A stretch of DNA of 64,000 nt from Candidatus Undinarchaeales archaeon (GCA_030753015.1 JASMDC010000001.1:1-64000), one strand, 5' to 3'. Numbered from the stretch's first letter, positions 18,514-28,474 are shown. The notes: a model not told the origin generated them from the sequence alone. Made by a program: numbers and translations.

Positions 18514-19595
18514 GTTGTGGGCAGGAACTTCCGGTAGTAGCACGAGATGTCCGTGCAGGTGCCGGAGTACTGCTCGCGGAAGTCGCTCCGCGTACGCGTG
18601 CACAGCTCCTCGTCCGTAATGGTGTCATCCTGCGCAGCCTCGAGCAGGTGTGCGAGGAACCGGACGTCGATGAGCTTGCGTGTCAGGTCGTTCGTCCTGC
18701 CGTCGATCTTCACCGCTCTAACACCAGCACGCAGAAGGGTGCGGAGGACACAGGCCCCGCAGTCGATCCCGGTCTTCCCCTTGAAGTGGGATGACATTCG
18801 CTCCCGGGCAGCGGCCAATCCCTCGATGGACGCCCCTCTCACCAAGAGCGGCTCTGTTGTATACTCGAGCGTGCACGGGGGGGGGCGGAACATAGAGCTC
18901 CGCCGTACTTGCTGGAGCACGGTTCTGGGGAGGAGCCGGGCGGCCGTTAGCGCCCACCTGCTGTGGAGGAGGGCGTGACCGAGGCCAGTGTCGTGGGTAC
19001 GTGTGGCCTCCTCGACGCCATGTGTGAATGTGCAGAACCCGTCGACGTTCAGGCACCGGTTGTTGAGCACGAACACCTCGATGTCCAGAGGTGCGTCCTG
19101 TGCCAATGCTGTGATCTCGTCAGGCGTGAGCTGCTGGGGGAGCACGATGCGGGACGCTCCCAGTTCCGCGTAGAATCCCAGCGTCGAGCGGTTGAAGCAG
19201 GGGGCGAGGGTGCTCACGTGGACGGTGGTGTCCGGGTGCTCCTGGCGGGCGCGGAGCATGGTGGGCACATCGGCGATGATGAAACCGTCGATGCCCATGT
19301 CGGCCCCAGCATCCAAGACCTTTCCCACCAGCTCGCGCTGGGCTTGAGTGTAGTAGGCTGTGTTGACGGTGAGGTGGACGGTCGCTTTCCGTTCGTGGGC
19401 CCTCTCGACAGCGTTGGACAGGTCCTCCAAGGATAGGAAGTTGCCCCAAGTGGTGTGCTGCTGGTTGCCCGAAACGAGGGTCGTGTACGTACGCCTCCAT
19501 TCGGGAGTGAGCACGCCTGCATAGAACTCGGTGGCCCCTGCGTCCACAAGCGGGTCCACCTCGTCGGCGCGTGTGAGGGGGGAAAGGATCTCCAT
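18480..19595 (-). CDS. U32 family Fe-S protein (UbiU-like), paralog 2
   Basis: EILSP, CLNVDGFC, DCGAC, KIDGR; SD-like AGGGAGG upstream. Confidence 0.85.
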   Translation of the reverse strand: MEILSPLTRADEVDPLVDAGATEFYAGVLTPEWRRTYTTLVSGNQQHTTWGNFLSLEDLSNAVERAHERKATVHLTVNTAYYTQAQRELVGKVLDAGADMGIDGFIIADVPTMLRARQEHPDTTVHVSTLAPCFNRSTLGFYAELGASRIVLPQQLTPDEITALAQDAPLDIEVFVLNNRCLNVDGFCTFTHGVEEATRTHDTGLGHALLHSRWALTAARLLPRTVLQQVRRSSMFRPPPCTLEYTTEPLLVRGASIEGLAAARERMSSHFKGKTGIDCGACVLRTLLRAGVRAVKIDGRTNDLTRKLIDVRFLAHLLEAAQDDTITDEELCTRTRSDFREQYSGTCTDISCYYRKFLPTTYGDGRRPVTR

Positions 19596-19607
19596 GATAA
19601 TCCTCCC

Positions 19608-20690
19608 TTACCTGGGGACGAACTCACGGTAGTAGCAGGAGCGGTCGACGCATACGCCACTGTACTCCTCCTGGAACCGCTCCCGCGTGCGCCGGCAGAG
19701 CTCGGCATCGGTGATGCCGTCATCGCGTGCGAGCTCGAGCAGGGCCGCAAGGTAGCGCACGTCCTTGATCTTGCGCGTCGTGTCGTTGGTCCTACCATCG
19801 ATCTTGATAGCCTTAACACCGGCGTTCAGAAGAGTTCGCAGTGAGCAGGCACCGCAGTCGACACTCGTCTTCGGTCTCATGTTGGCCGAGACGTGTGCCC
19901 GAGACGCAGCCACGCTCTCTAGCGCCAATCCACCAACCGCCACCACGTCGATGTCGTAGGCCAGCATGCACGGGGGAGGGATGAGGCCGGGGAGCTTGCG
20001 GGCCAGTCCGAGCAGGCCGGCGGGCGCATGTCGCGCAAGGGCGATCGCCCAGTGGCTGTGACGGAGGGCACGCCCGAAGCGGCCAACACGGGATGCCGTG
20101 GCCTCGTGCACACCATGGGTGAATGTGCAGAACCCGTCGACGTTCGGGCATGGATTGTTCAGCACGAACACCTCGATATCGAGCGGTGTGTCCTTTGCGA
20201 GGCCGGTCACCTCCTCCAGGGCCACGTGCCGGGGGAGCACCGCTCGAGCGGCCCCAATATCGGTATAGAACTGCAGGGTCGACCGGTTGAAGCTGGGAGC
20301 GATGGTGCTCACGTGGACGGCTATGTCCGGGTACTCCTGGCGGCACCGGAGCATGGTGGGGAGGTCGGCGATGAGGAACCCGTCGATGCCCAGTCCTGCG
20401 GCGGAGTCCATGAGCCGGCCGACACGCTCGTGCTGACGGGAAGTGTAGAACGAGAGGTTGAGAGTAAGGTGGACGGGCACCTTCCGCTCATGGGCACGGC
20501 CCACGGCCTCCTCGAGCTCCTTGAGCGTGGGGAAGTTACTGATTGTAGTTTCCCGGCGGTTACTGGCGACCAGCGTTGAGAACGCCTTTTTCCACTCAGG
20601 TGTGAGCACGCCGGCGAAGAGCTCTGTGGCGCCGGCGTCGATGAGCGGATCGACCTCGTGTACGCGGCTGAGCGGAGAGAGCAGCTCCAC
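19608..20690 (-). CDS. U32 family Fe-S protein (UbiU-like), paralog 3
   Basis: ELLSP, CPNVDGFC, DCGAC, KIDGR. Confidence 0.85.
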   Translation of the reverse strand: MELLSPLSRVHEVDPLIDAGATELFAGVLTPEWKKAFSTLVASNRRETTISNFPTLKELEEAVGRAHERKVPVHLTLNLSFYTSRQHERVGRLMDSAAGLGIDGFLIADLPTMLRCRQEYPDIAVHVSTIAPSFNRSTLQFYTDIGAARAVLPRHVALEEVTGLAKDTPLDIEVFVLNNPCPNVDGFCTFTHGVHEATASRVGRFGRALRHSHWAIALARHAPAGLLGLARKLPGLIPPPCMLAYDIDVVAVGGLALESVAASRAHVSANMRPKTSVDCGACSLRTLLNAGVKAIKIDGRTNDTTRKIKDVRYLAALLELARDDGITDAELCRRTRERFQEEYSGVCVDRSCYYREFVPR

Positions 20691-20706
20691 TCCTGGGAGG
20701 GTGACC

Positions 20707-20723
20707 CCAAGCTTGATAAAGGT
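20707..20723 (-). promoter_or_regulatory. Conserved 17-bp core ACCTTTATCAAGCTTGG
   Basis: Exact copy 16 nt upstream of the GTG start at 20690. Confidence 0.75.
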
Positions 20724-20741
20724 TCTCGGTGCCGCGGGGCC

Positions 20742-21428
20742 GTGGCAGGTCCTGACCTAGATCTGGCGCACCTGGTCCCCGAGGTCTACGAGCGACTGTT
20801 CGCGCGATTCGGCCCGCAGTACTGGTGGCCTGGGGATACGCCCTTCGAGGTCGTTGTCGGGGCGCTGCTCACCCAGAACACCGCCTGGACGAACGTGGAA
20901 CGGGCCATCGCTGCCCTGTCGCAGGCCGGTGCTCTTTCTCCCGAGGGCATTCGCGAGTTGCCCGAGACGGAACTGGCGGCCCTGATACGGTCGGCCGGAT
21001 ACTTCAATCAGAAGGCCCGACGTCTCAAAGGTCTGGTGGCGTTCATCTATAGTGCGGGAGGACTGGACGCCCTATTCTCCCGGCCCATCTCCCGGCTGCG
21101 TGAAGATCTGCTGGGTGTCACGGGAGTGGGCCCCGAGACGGCCGATTCCATCCTCCTCTACGCAGCGGGGATGCCGTCGTTCGTCATCGATGCCTATACA
21201 CGCCGCGTCTGCTCGCGGCTGGGGCTCTGCCCGTCTGACGTCACCTACGATGATCTACAGGCCCTGTTCGCCACCCACCTGCCTATAGACGTCCGACTCT
21301 ACAACGAGTACCACGCCCTCTTCGTTGCCTTGGGCAAGGACGTGTGCCGGCCCCGGTCGCCACGGTGCAGCGAGTGCCCGCTGGCGGACCTCTGCGCTCA
21401 CGCGCACAAGGTCATCGAAGGAGCCTGA
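20742..21428 (+). CDS. Endonuclease III-like HhH-GPD protein
   Basis: WWP, GALLTQNTAWTNV, GVGPETADSILLYA, CRPRSPRCSECPLADLC 4Fe-4S motif. Confidence 0.9.
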   Translation: MAGPDLDLAHLVPEVYERLFARFGPQYWWPGDTPFEVVVGALLTQNTAWTNVERAIAALSQAGALSPEGIRELPETELAALIRSAGYFNQKARRLKGLVAFIYSAGGLDALFSRPISRLREDLLGVTGVGPETADSILLYAAGMPSFVIDAYTRRVCSRLGLCPSDVTYDDLQALFATHLPIDVRLYNEYHALFVALGKDVCRPRSPRCSECPLADLCAHAHKVIEGA

Positions 21429-22392
21429 GGCTGTTCGTAACGACCCCCGGGTCCAGCGAGAACAGAAGGTTTAGCTCCAGATTGGCGTAGGTCCAGCACC
21501 CTGGGCACGATGGGGATTCAAGGGCCGCGAACGCTCTCTCGATCCCCGCGGTCCGGGCGTCGGGTGCAGGCCCACCTACCATGTTGAAGCATGGGTACAA
21601 CCGTCCGTCGGTGTAGATATGAGCGTAGAGGATTCCTGCCCAGCAGTACACGTCCTTCGGATGCTCTGGCCAGTGCATGAGATGCTCCAGGCCTTCCATC
21701 GAGTTACCGATCAGCCCCTCGGAGCGCTTTACCATCATGAGGTAGGTGAGGACCTCCTGCAGGCGCTCCGCGTCAGGAAGGAGCTTCTTCGCACCGGGCC
21801 CGCAGATATCGTAGTCCACGACGGGCTGGACGTACACCTTCAGGTCGTAGTGACGAGCGATGTCCAGCACGTGGTCCACGTGCTCGACGCTCTCATTGGT
21901 GAGCACCGTAGTGAGCCAGACTGTCATGCCCTCGGTCCGCGCTGCGGCGATGGCCTCCATGACCATGTCGTGGGCCCCGGGCTCCCTGACGGCGTCGTGC
22001 ACCTCCGCAGGTCCGTCGAGGGAGAGCTGGAGCAGGTCGAGCGAGGCGATGTCCTTGAGCCTGCGCGTCACCAGCGCGCCGTTGGAAACGAGCCCGGTGA
22101 AGATGCCGTTGTCCTGACATCGTCGGACGATGTCCCCGATGTCGCTTCGCACCAGTGGCTCGCCGCCGGTGAGGCCGATCCGCTGGCATCCCAGTCTGGC
22201 CAGTCCGTCGACGATGCTGTACACCTCGTCGAGGGACATCTCGTCGGCCGGCGTCCCCGGCACGTCGCAGTAGGAGCAGGCGTAGTTGCACCTGTTCGTG
22301 ACATGGAAGGATACGGACAGCGGCGTACGCCGCCCCGTCAGGTGGGCAAGCGCTACCGCCCGGGCAGCCGCGAGCTTGTTCCGAAGTCTCAC
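21412..22392 (-). CDS. Radical SAM/SPASM-twitch protein
   Basis: CNYACSYC, TGGEPL, SLDG, CWAG...DGRLYPC...CPGC. GTG start inferred from the TATA position. Confidence 0.85.
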   Translation of the reverse strand: MRLRNKLAAARAVALAHLTGRRTPLSVSFHVTNRCNYACSYCDVPGTPADEMSLDEVYSIVDGLARLGCQRIGLTGGEPLVRSDIGDIVRRCQDNGIFTGLVSNGALVTRRLKDIASLDLLQLSLDGPAEVHDAVREPGAHDMVMEAIAAARTEGMTVWLTTVLTNESVEHVDHVLDIARHYDLKVYVQPVVDYDICGPGAKKLLPDAERLQEVLTYLMMVKRSEGLIGNSMEGLEHLMHWPEHPKDVYCWAGILYAHIYTDGRLYPCFNMVGGPAPDARTAGIERAFAALESPSCPGCWTYANLELNLLFSLDPGVVTNSLRLLR

Positions 22393-22443
22393 ACGGACAT
22401 TTCCGTGGGAGAAGATAAATCCTTTGCCCCTCACAACGCCACC

Positions 22444-23382
22444 ATGGTCCGGCGCCTGGACCTCAAAGTTGGCTATTCCTGCAACAATAACTGCCGGTTC
22501 TGCGTCGTTGCCCGCCGGCGAGCCAATCCTGACCGTGGTATCGACACGCTCGTCGCCGCGCTGGAGCGCGCACGGCCCGAGGCCACCGAGGTGGTCATCA
22601 CGGGCGGGGAGCCGTCAGTGCGCTCTGACCTCGTGGAGCTGGTAGCAGCAGCCCATCGACTTGGCTACGGTCGCATCCAGCTCCAGACCAATGGACGGAT
22701 GGTGAGCTATCGCGGCCTGGCGGACGACCTGGCCCGGGCCGGGCTCACCGAGGCGGTAGTAGCTCTCCACGGCGCCACTTCCGGGACGCACGACGGTCTG
22801 GTCCGGTCATCGGGCGCCTTCGACCAGACCCGGAGAGGGCTCGACAACCTCGTCGCAACAGGGGTGCAGGTGATCGTCAAGACCGTGGTCGTACGGCCCA
22901 ATCTCAGGGAGCTTGTGGACATCGCACGTATCGCTGTCGACAGTGGCGCCCGTGGGTACCAGGCCGCCTTCGTACATGCTGAAGGCAACGCTCGGGAGGA
23001 GTTCGACCAGGTGGTCCCCCGGATGAAGGCCGCAGTCCCACCCATTATCGAGGCTCTCGACCTCGCCGCGTCCCGGGGGCTGGACGCACACGTGGAGGCC
23101 GTGCCCCTCTGCCTATTGCCTGGAAGGGAACCCCTGGCCTCGGAGCTCTACATGCCGCCCACCGAGGTGGACAGCCCCGAGGGTCTCGACACCGATTTCG
23201 ACACGACCCGCGTTACAGAGGGAAAGTCCAAGGGCCCCCGGTGCTCCCGGTGTCGGTTCGTCGGTGTCTGCGAGGGCGTGTGGCACGAGTATCCGGAACG
23301 GTTCGGATGGGATGAGTTCGTCCCGGTCCCTGGGAACCCGGTGCGCTCGATGGCCGACCTGGCCCGGGCCCACCTCAGATGA
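22444..23382 (+). CDS. Radical SAM protein, HxsC-like
   Basis: DLKVGYSCNNNCRFC, TGGEP, LQTNGR, VPLC, CSRCRFVGVCEG. Confidence 0.8.
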   Translation: MVRRLDLKVGYSCNNNCRFCVVARRRANPDRGIDTLVAALERARPEATEVVITGGEPSVRSDLVELVAAAHRLGYGRIQLQTNGRMVSYRGLADDLARAGLTEAVVALHGATSGTHDGLVRSSGAFDQTRRGLDNLVATGVQVIVKTVVVRPNLRELVDIARIAVDSGARGYQAAFVHAEGNAREEFDQVVPRMKAAVPPIIEALDLAASRGLDAHVEAVPLCLLPGREPLASELYMPPTEVDSPEGLDTDFDTTRVTEGKSKGPRCSRCRFVGVCEGVWHEYPERFGWDEFVPVPGNPVRSMADLARAHLR

Positions 23383-24235
23383 CAGAGGTCACAGGCTCGA
23401 GCTCATCATCGCCCCAACGGTCCAAGTAGGTCAACCATAGACCGGGGCAGCGCTCGGTGATAGTGCAATGATCACAGGGGGTACCGTGACCCCGACGCTC
23501 CCAGACCGGTAGCGCACCATCCTCGCCCTCCCGCCACTCGATGGCATTGCGGAGGTGGATGGGCGATGTACAGAGAGGGAAGCCCTCGATGGTGGCGAAC
23601 CGCTCTGCCTCTAGCACTACGTTCATGGCCTTACGAAGTGGGGCTCGGATATCACTGAGCCTGGGCACGACCTCGTCCATGGCGAGATAGGCCCTTCCTG
23701 TCGGTTCGGGGAAGGCCACCTGCACCTGCGAGACGTCCCGCTTCACAAGGTCCCGGGCGATAGCGGGGAGATGTGGGACCACTGCCTTCGTAGCGACCAC
23801 ATTGGCGGCCACGAACCCGCCCAACCGTCTGATGTTCCGGATCGCTGCCATGGTCTGGCGGTGGGAGCCACGGACCTTCGTTTGCCCCTCATGGAGCTGC
23901 GCAGTGTGGCCAGAGACGGTGACGATGAACTCGGTGATGCCCGCATCGATGAGCTGGGCTGTATAGTCGGCGTAATTGAGCATACGACCGTTGGTCTGAA
24001 GCTGCATGATCGTATACCCGAGCTTCCGTGCCTCGCGCACGATCTCGAAGAGGTCGTCGCGGCAGGTGGGTTCGCCACCGGTGAGCACGAGCTCGTCCGC
24101 ACCGTCGTCCGCCGCTATCCTGAGCAGGCAGCGGACCTGATCCAGAGGGAGTTCATCGTACACGTTGGTACCGGCGCAGCAGAACGTGCATTGATTATTG
24201 CACCGCCACCCGAGACCCAGCGAGTACCGCGTCAC
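23375..24235 (-). CDS. Radical SAM protein, HxsC-like paralog
   Basis: CNNQCTFC, TGGEPT, LQTNGR, FPLC, CDHCTITERCPG. Confidence 0.8.
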   Translation of the reverse strand: MTRYSLGLGWRCNNQCTFCCAGTNVYDELPLDQVRCLLRIAADDGADELVLTGGEPTCRDDLFEIVREARKLGYTIMQLQTNGRMLNYADYTAQLIDAGITEFIVTVSGHTAQLHEGQTKVRGSHRQTMAAIRNIRRLGGFVAANVVATKAVVPHLPAIARDLVKRDVSQVQVAFPEPTGRAYLAMDEVVPRLSDIRAPLRKAMNVVLEAERFATIEGFPLCTSPIHLRNAIEWREGEDGALPVWERRGHGTPCDHCTITERCPGLWLTYLDRWGDDELEPVTSVI

Positions 24236-24245
24236 AACGGCCCCC

Positions 24246-25304
24246 TCAACCAGGCACGATGCCCCTGCGCACCATGAGCTCGGCGTTGATGATGGATGCA
24301 CCGGCAGCGCCCCTGATGGTGTTGTGGACGAGTAGCAGGAAACGCACGCCAAGCACGATGTCGGGGCGTACCCGTCCTATGGTGACGGTCATGCCTTTTC
24401 CGCGATGTCGATCCCTGCGTGGTTGGGGCCGGTCATCCTCATCCAGGAGCATCAGTGCTCGCGAAGGCGACGTGGGGAGACCGAGGTCGGCCATGGGATC
24501 CTTGAAGTCGCGGAATGCCTTCCTCACATCCTCGGGCCCACCGTCGAGGGAAGCGAACACCGACTCGAGGTGGCCATCGGTGACGTTGACCCTTGTACAG
24601 GTGGCACTGACCTCCACCGGGGCGTCCGTGAACCCCTCCTCGACCGACCAGCTCCCAAGGATCCTCCGGGTTTCGGCTGCCACCTTCTCCTCCTCACCAC
24701 CGATGAACGGGATGACGTTGTCGATGATAGCCATGGAGGCGACACCGGGGTATCCCGCACCCGAGAGGGCCTGGAGGGTGGTCACGGCCACGCGAGAGAG
24801 GTCGAGGTCCATCAACGGGTATAGTCCCAGGGCCAGACCCGTAGTGGTACAGTTCGCATTGGTGACGATGGCACCTTCCCATCCCCGGCGTTCGCGCTGA
24901 ACGTCGATGACGCCCAGATGGTCAGCATTGACCTCGGGGATGAGGATGGGGACATCAGGGTCCATACGGTGGCTGGCGGCGTTCGTGGCCACGATACCGC
25001 CCGCGCGCGCGAAGGCCTCTTCCACCGGTCCTGCGACCGACGATGGGAGCGCGGAGAACAGCACATCGCATCCGTCCGCGCCTGAGGCAGCGGGATCGCA
25101 CGCTCCGACTGTTATGTCGCCTGCCCACTCTGGCATCGGGGCATCGAGCACCCAGTGAGCAGCATCGCTATACTGCTTCCCAGCGGACCGCTCCGAAGCA
25201 CCCAGGTACCTGACATCGAACCAAGGGTGGCCGTCTAGGAGCGATAGGAATCGCTGGCCCACCATCCCGGTAGCACCGAGAACGCCCACGCCGATGCGTC
25301 TCAT
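24246..25304 (-). CDS. asd: Aspartate-semialdehyde dehydrogenase
   Basis: GATGMVGQRF, NANCTT, QALSGAGYPG, HNTIRGAAG. Confidence 0.95.
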   Translation of the reverse strand: MRRIGVGVLGATGMVGQRFLSLLDGHPWFDVRYLGASERSAGKQYSDAAHWVLDAPMPEWAGDITVGACDPAASGADGCDVLFSALPSSVAGPVEEAFARAGGIVATNAASHRMDPDVPILIPEVNADHLGVIDVQRERRGWEGAIVTNANCTTTGLALGLYPLMDLDLSRVAVTTLQALSGAGYPGVASMAIIDNVIPFIGGEEEKVAAETRRILGSWSVEEGFTDAPVEVSATCTRVNVTDGHLESVFASLDGGPEDVRKAFRDFKDPMADLGLPTSPSRALMLLDEDDRPQPRRDRHRGKGMTVTIGRVRPDIVLGVRFLLLVHNTIRGAAGASIINAELMVRRGIVPG

Positions 25305-25582
25305 CGGCGATCCCTTCCCAGCTGTGCTTCCATGCGGGCGGCGAAATCCCGGAGCAGGCGCTCGACATCACGCTCGGTGTTGTCGTCACGTAGGAAGAAA
25401 GGGGCGAAATCGGAGATGAGGGCGTCACGCCAGTTCTGGCGCGAGACGAGCTCAACCTCTCCACGCTTGTACCGCTCCGCGTCGATATGGAGGTGCCGGT
25501 CGCACCGGTAGAACACCTCTCCATCCTCGAGGAATGTCTTGGAGACGGCGAGGCCGCCGCAGACTGAACATTTTTCTCCCAT
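25301..25582 (-). CDS. Small putative Zn-binding protein
   Basis: CSVC...CDRH; ATGA overlap with asd; TATA upstream. Confidence 0.6.
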   Translation of the reverse strand: MGEKCSVCGGLAVSKTFLEDGEVFYRCDRHLHIDAERYKRGEVELVSRQNWRDALISDFAPFFLRDDNTERDVERLLRDFAARMEAQLGRDRR

Positions 25583-25683
25583 ACGGACCGTCACGGGGAT
25601 GGCGTGCCTGCTTTTTAAACCTTGGTAGATGGCCGTGCCCGGGCGCGATGCTCTATAAAAATGATGATGGTGGATGAGTTCCC

Positions 25684-26409
25684 ATGACTGAGGGCGAGGA
25701 AGAGCCACGAGAGAATCTTGAACATGACGTGCTCGTGGAGATCGCGGCCCTCAGAGACGACCTCAAGAGGGCACACGAGCGCATCGCCACGCTCGAAACG
25801 TCGCTGGACCATATGCGGTCCACTGTTGTGGCCTCAGCGACCAAGGGGCTCGAGGGATTCCAGAAGACGACAATGAAGGACCTTAAGCTCGTCGACGCAC
25901 GTGTCAACGAGAACACCGGTGCGCTCTCTCGTGTGAACCGTCGGGCGGACGCTCTATCCGAGGACACGGCGGCCATCGTGGTGCGTCTGGAGGACCTCAA
26001 GGACCTGCTCGAGGGCGTGGACACCGTCACTCTCGCGAACGCAACGACAAAGAACGCCCAGATTGCCCAGGACAACAAGGAGCACCTCAAGCAGCTGGCA
26101 GCCCTTCTAAGGACCCTGGAGCGCTCGATGAACCGGGAGAGCAAGACCGTCAAGGAAGAGCTCGACCGCGTGGAACGGGAGCTCAAGCTCGTCCGCCGGC
26201 TCGACAGCAGGATGGAGATACTGGAGAACCATAAGGACGACCTCGCCGGACGCTTCGCGGAACTGACCGATGTCCTCGAGTCGGTGCGGACCCATATAGT
26301 CTCCGGTGGCGAGCGGGCCCTCCCTGCCGAGTACGACAGGCTGGAGAAGGAGCGTTCCAAACTGGAGCGACGCCTTGACGACGTGGTAGCCCACATCACA
26401 AAGATGTAG
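25684..26409 (+). CDS. Coiled-coil hypothetical protein
   Basis: Heptad-rich 241-aa ORF with a TATA upstream. Confidence 0.7.
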   Translation: MTEGEEEPRENLEHDVLVEIAALRDDLKRAHERIATLETSLDHMRSTVVASATKGLEGFQKTTMKDLKLVDARVNENTGALSRVNRRADALSEDTAAIVVRLEDLKDLLEGVDTVTLANATTKNAQIAQDNKEHLKQLAALLRTLERSMNRESKTVKEELDRVERELKLVRRLDSRMEILENHKDDLAGRFAELTDVLESVRTHIVSGGERALPAEYDRLEKERSKLERRLDDVVAHITKM

Positions 26410-26433
26410 GGCAAGTGATGGGGTCGGGTCCCG

Positions 26434-28419
26434 TCACGGCTCCCGGCGGCGACGCGCCAGGTGGCCGGCCGCGAGGACAGCGAGCAACATCATCGGGACC
26501 GGAGTGAGCCCTGGTGCGCTCCTGCCCGAGAACACCATCGTCCTGACATTGGAGAAGCTCCAGAGCACCAGGTTCTTGGTATCAAGTGAGTCCTGTCTGG
26601 GACCGCATCCGAACTTCTTCTCTATAGCATCGCACACACGTATGGTGACGTTCGTGAACCCGAGCTTGAGCGGGGTGATGAATATGGCCATGTTCCGCAG
26701 GCCTCCGGGCACCAGTGCCATGTCGGACTGGTACTGGTCCCCTATGGCAGTGAAGTCCTTGCCCTCGAACTGGATCCCGCCCGAGGGGCTGTAGACCTGG
26801 ATGGACACGAACCTCATGGCGTGCGACGGGTTGCGCACCTGGAAGGGGAAGTAGATACGCTCGCCGAGCCGGACCGGTGTCGTGTTGTAGGGCAGGTTGA
26901 CGAAACGGTTCTGGAGCACTGAGATGACCCTCCACCCGTTCCTGCTGCATACTGCGGCCTCGGTGCTCTTCAGCGATGTGGGCTTGGATTTGTCCGCATC
27001 ACATAACCAGCCGGTCTCGCCACATACACACTTCTTGATGCACACCTTACCGCAGGCCACCGCCTCGCTCTGGGCCCTGGCGCAGGTCTCAGTGCGGTTG
27101 CACAGGGTGTCGGGAACGGTGACCCCCAAGTTATTGATGGCGTACTCACAGTCGTCCCCCACCTCACCGACGTCCCCGCATTCGAGCGGAGCCTCACCGC
27201 ACAATCCCCTGAACTTCTTGCACATGAAGGTGCAGGACAGCTTGCGGCAGGTGAATCCCTCGGCCCTGATGACCTCCTTGGGGGACGGACAGGCTTCTGC
27301 ACAGCAGTAGTCCTGCATCGGCGGCTCAGGTGAAGGGGGCCTGGTGTCCGAGCAGATGCCGGTGGCGCACTCGAGGGGCAGCTCACACTCGCACCCGAGC
27401 GTCTTCTTCTCGTTCCATGTCAGGCTTCCATAGCGATCGCACCACCAGTTTGTGTCACCGTCGTACACGCTGGTCGTGCACGCGTCGACCCGTCCCCAGG
27501 TCACGTTGCACGAGTACGTGCGCCCCCTGGCACAGAGGAGGTCCTGTTTGATGAATGAGGCCGTTCCATGGCAGCACCGGTCGAGCACCCAGCGGAAGTC
27601 CATGCAATCGCATGCCTGGATCGATGAGTCTGGCTCCATTCTTACGATATTCTCTTCGTCCCTGACACATCCCTCGGTGGGATCGCAGATGTAGTTGACC
27701 TCGCGGTACTCGTCCTCCTCGCACAGCATGTTCTGCATGGAGCACTCGTTCTTCTGCTGGTAGCTCTGCTGGCCGTCGGTCGTGCAGTACCAGTCGTAGT
27801 CCGTCCAGCACTTACCGGCCGTCTCCTGCCAGACCTCGTCAGTCGTCTCGGAGACACAGCAGCGGGGCGAATTGGATTTGTCGCTGTGTAGGCCCGCGCA
27901 CAGACCGGTGATGCACGTGTCGTTGATCTCACAGGGCTCACCGGGGCAGTGCTTCCCATTTGCTGCCTGGCCGCCGTTGCACAGGGGCCAGTCTGAGTCG
28001 TAGCAGCACGAGCCCCACGGCCGGTCGACGCATCCCGTCTCCTCCAGCTCGCCGTCCTTGTTGTCGAAGTCGACGATACAGCAGACCGCGTCCTCGTCAT
28101 CCGTCGCCACATCGATGCGGTACTCCCCGGCCTGATTGTTCTTGTTGGTGGTGATGCGCAGCGTCACGTCATCGTCCCCCGGGGACCAGAGCTGCCATGA
28201 CTGGTCGCCGGTGACGTTCATCATCTCGTCACAGTCCGGATCGTCCTCGATGTCGCACTGCATGGCCGTCACATTCACCGTGTCGGTGCAGTCCGGACAG
28301 ACGATCGCCACGCGAAGGATAACGGCACTGGTGCTGTTCACCTCCACGTTGAAGGGCGCACAGTCATGGGCCACTGCAAGGGCGAGCACCAGAATGAGCA
28401 CCGCGAGAGGGCTACGCAT
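26434..28419 (-). CDS. Cysteine-rich secreted/surface protein with a PGF-CTERM-like tail
   Basis: Signal peptide, about 54 Cys, C-terminal APGL-hydrophobic-RRRR. Confidence 0.8.
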   Translation of the reverse strand: MRSPLAVLILVLALAVAHDCAPFNVEVNSTSAVILRVAIVCPDCTDTVNVTAMQCDIEDDPDCDEMMNVTGDQSWQLWSPGDDDVTLRITTNKNNQAGEYRIDVATDDEDAVCCIVDFDNKDGELEETGCVDRPWGSCCYDSDWPLCNGGQAANGKHCPGEPCEINDTCITGLCAGLHSDKSNSPRCCVSETTDEVWQETAGKCWTDYDWYCTTDGQQSYQQKNECSMQNMLCEEDEYREVNYICDPTEGCVRDEENIVRMEPDSSIQACDCMDFRWVLDRCCHGTASFIKQDLLCARGRTYSCNVTWGRVDACTTSVYDGDTNWWCDRYGSLTWNEKKTLGCECELPLECATGICSDTRPPSPEPPMQDYCCAEACPSPKEVIRAEGFTCRKLSCTFMCKKFRGLCGEAPLECGDVGEVGDDCEYAINNLGVTVPDTLCNRTETCARAQSEAVACGKVCIKKCVCGETGWLCDADKSKPTSLKSTEAAVCSRNGWRVISVLQNRFVNLPYNTTPVRLGERIYFPFQVRNPSHAMRFVSIQVYSPSGGIQFEGKDFTAIGDQYQSDMALVPGGLRNMAIFITPLKLGFTNVTIRVCDAIEKKFGCGPRQDSLDTKNLVLWSFSNVRTMVFSGRSAPGLTPVPMMLLAVLAAGHLARRRREP

Positions 28420-28474
28420 ATACAAGTATTGCGTCTCCGTAGATATATTAAGCTTATCCCGTACCCCGTCCGCC

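Noticed and set aside
13636-20690. U32 genes as collagenases or a ubiquinone pathway
   Set aside because: The Fe-S Cys motifs argue against the legacy protease label, and no ubiA/ubiT-like genes are in the window.
21619-22443. 587-aa version of the radical SAM ORF
   Set aside because: The extension is antisense to the 21412-22392 gene. The ATG at 22444 follows a TATA and precedes the Cys motif.
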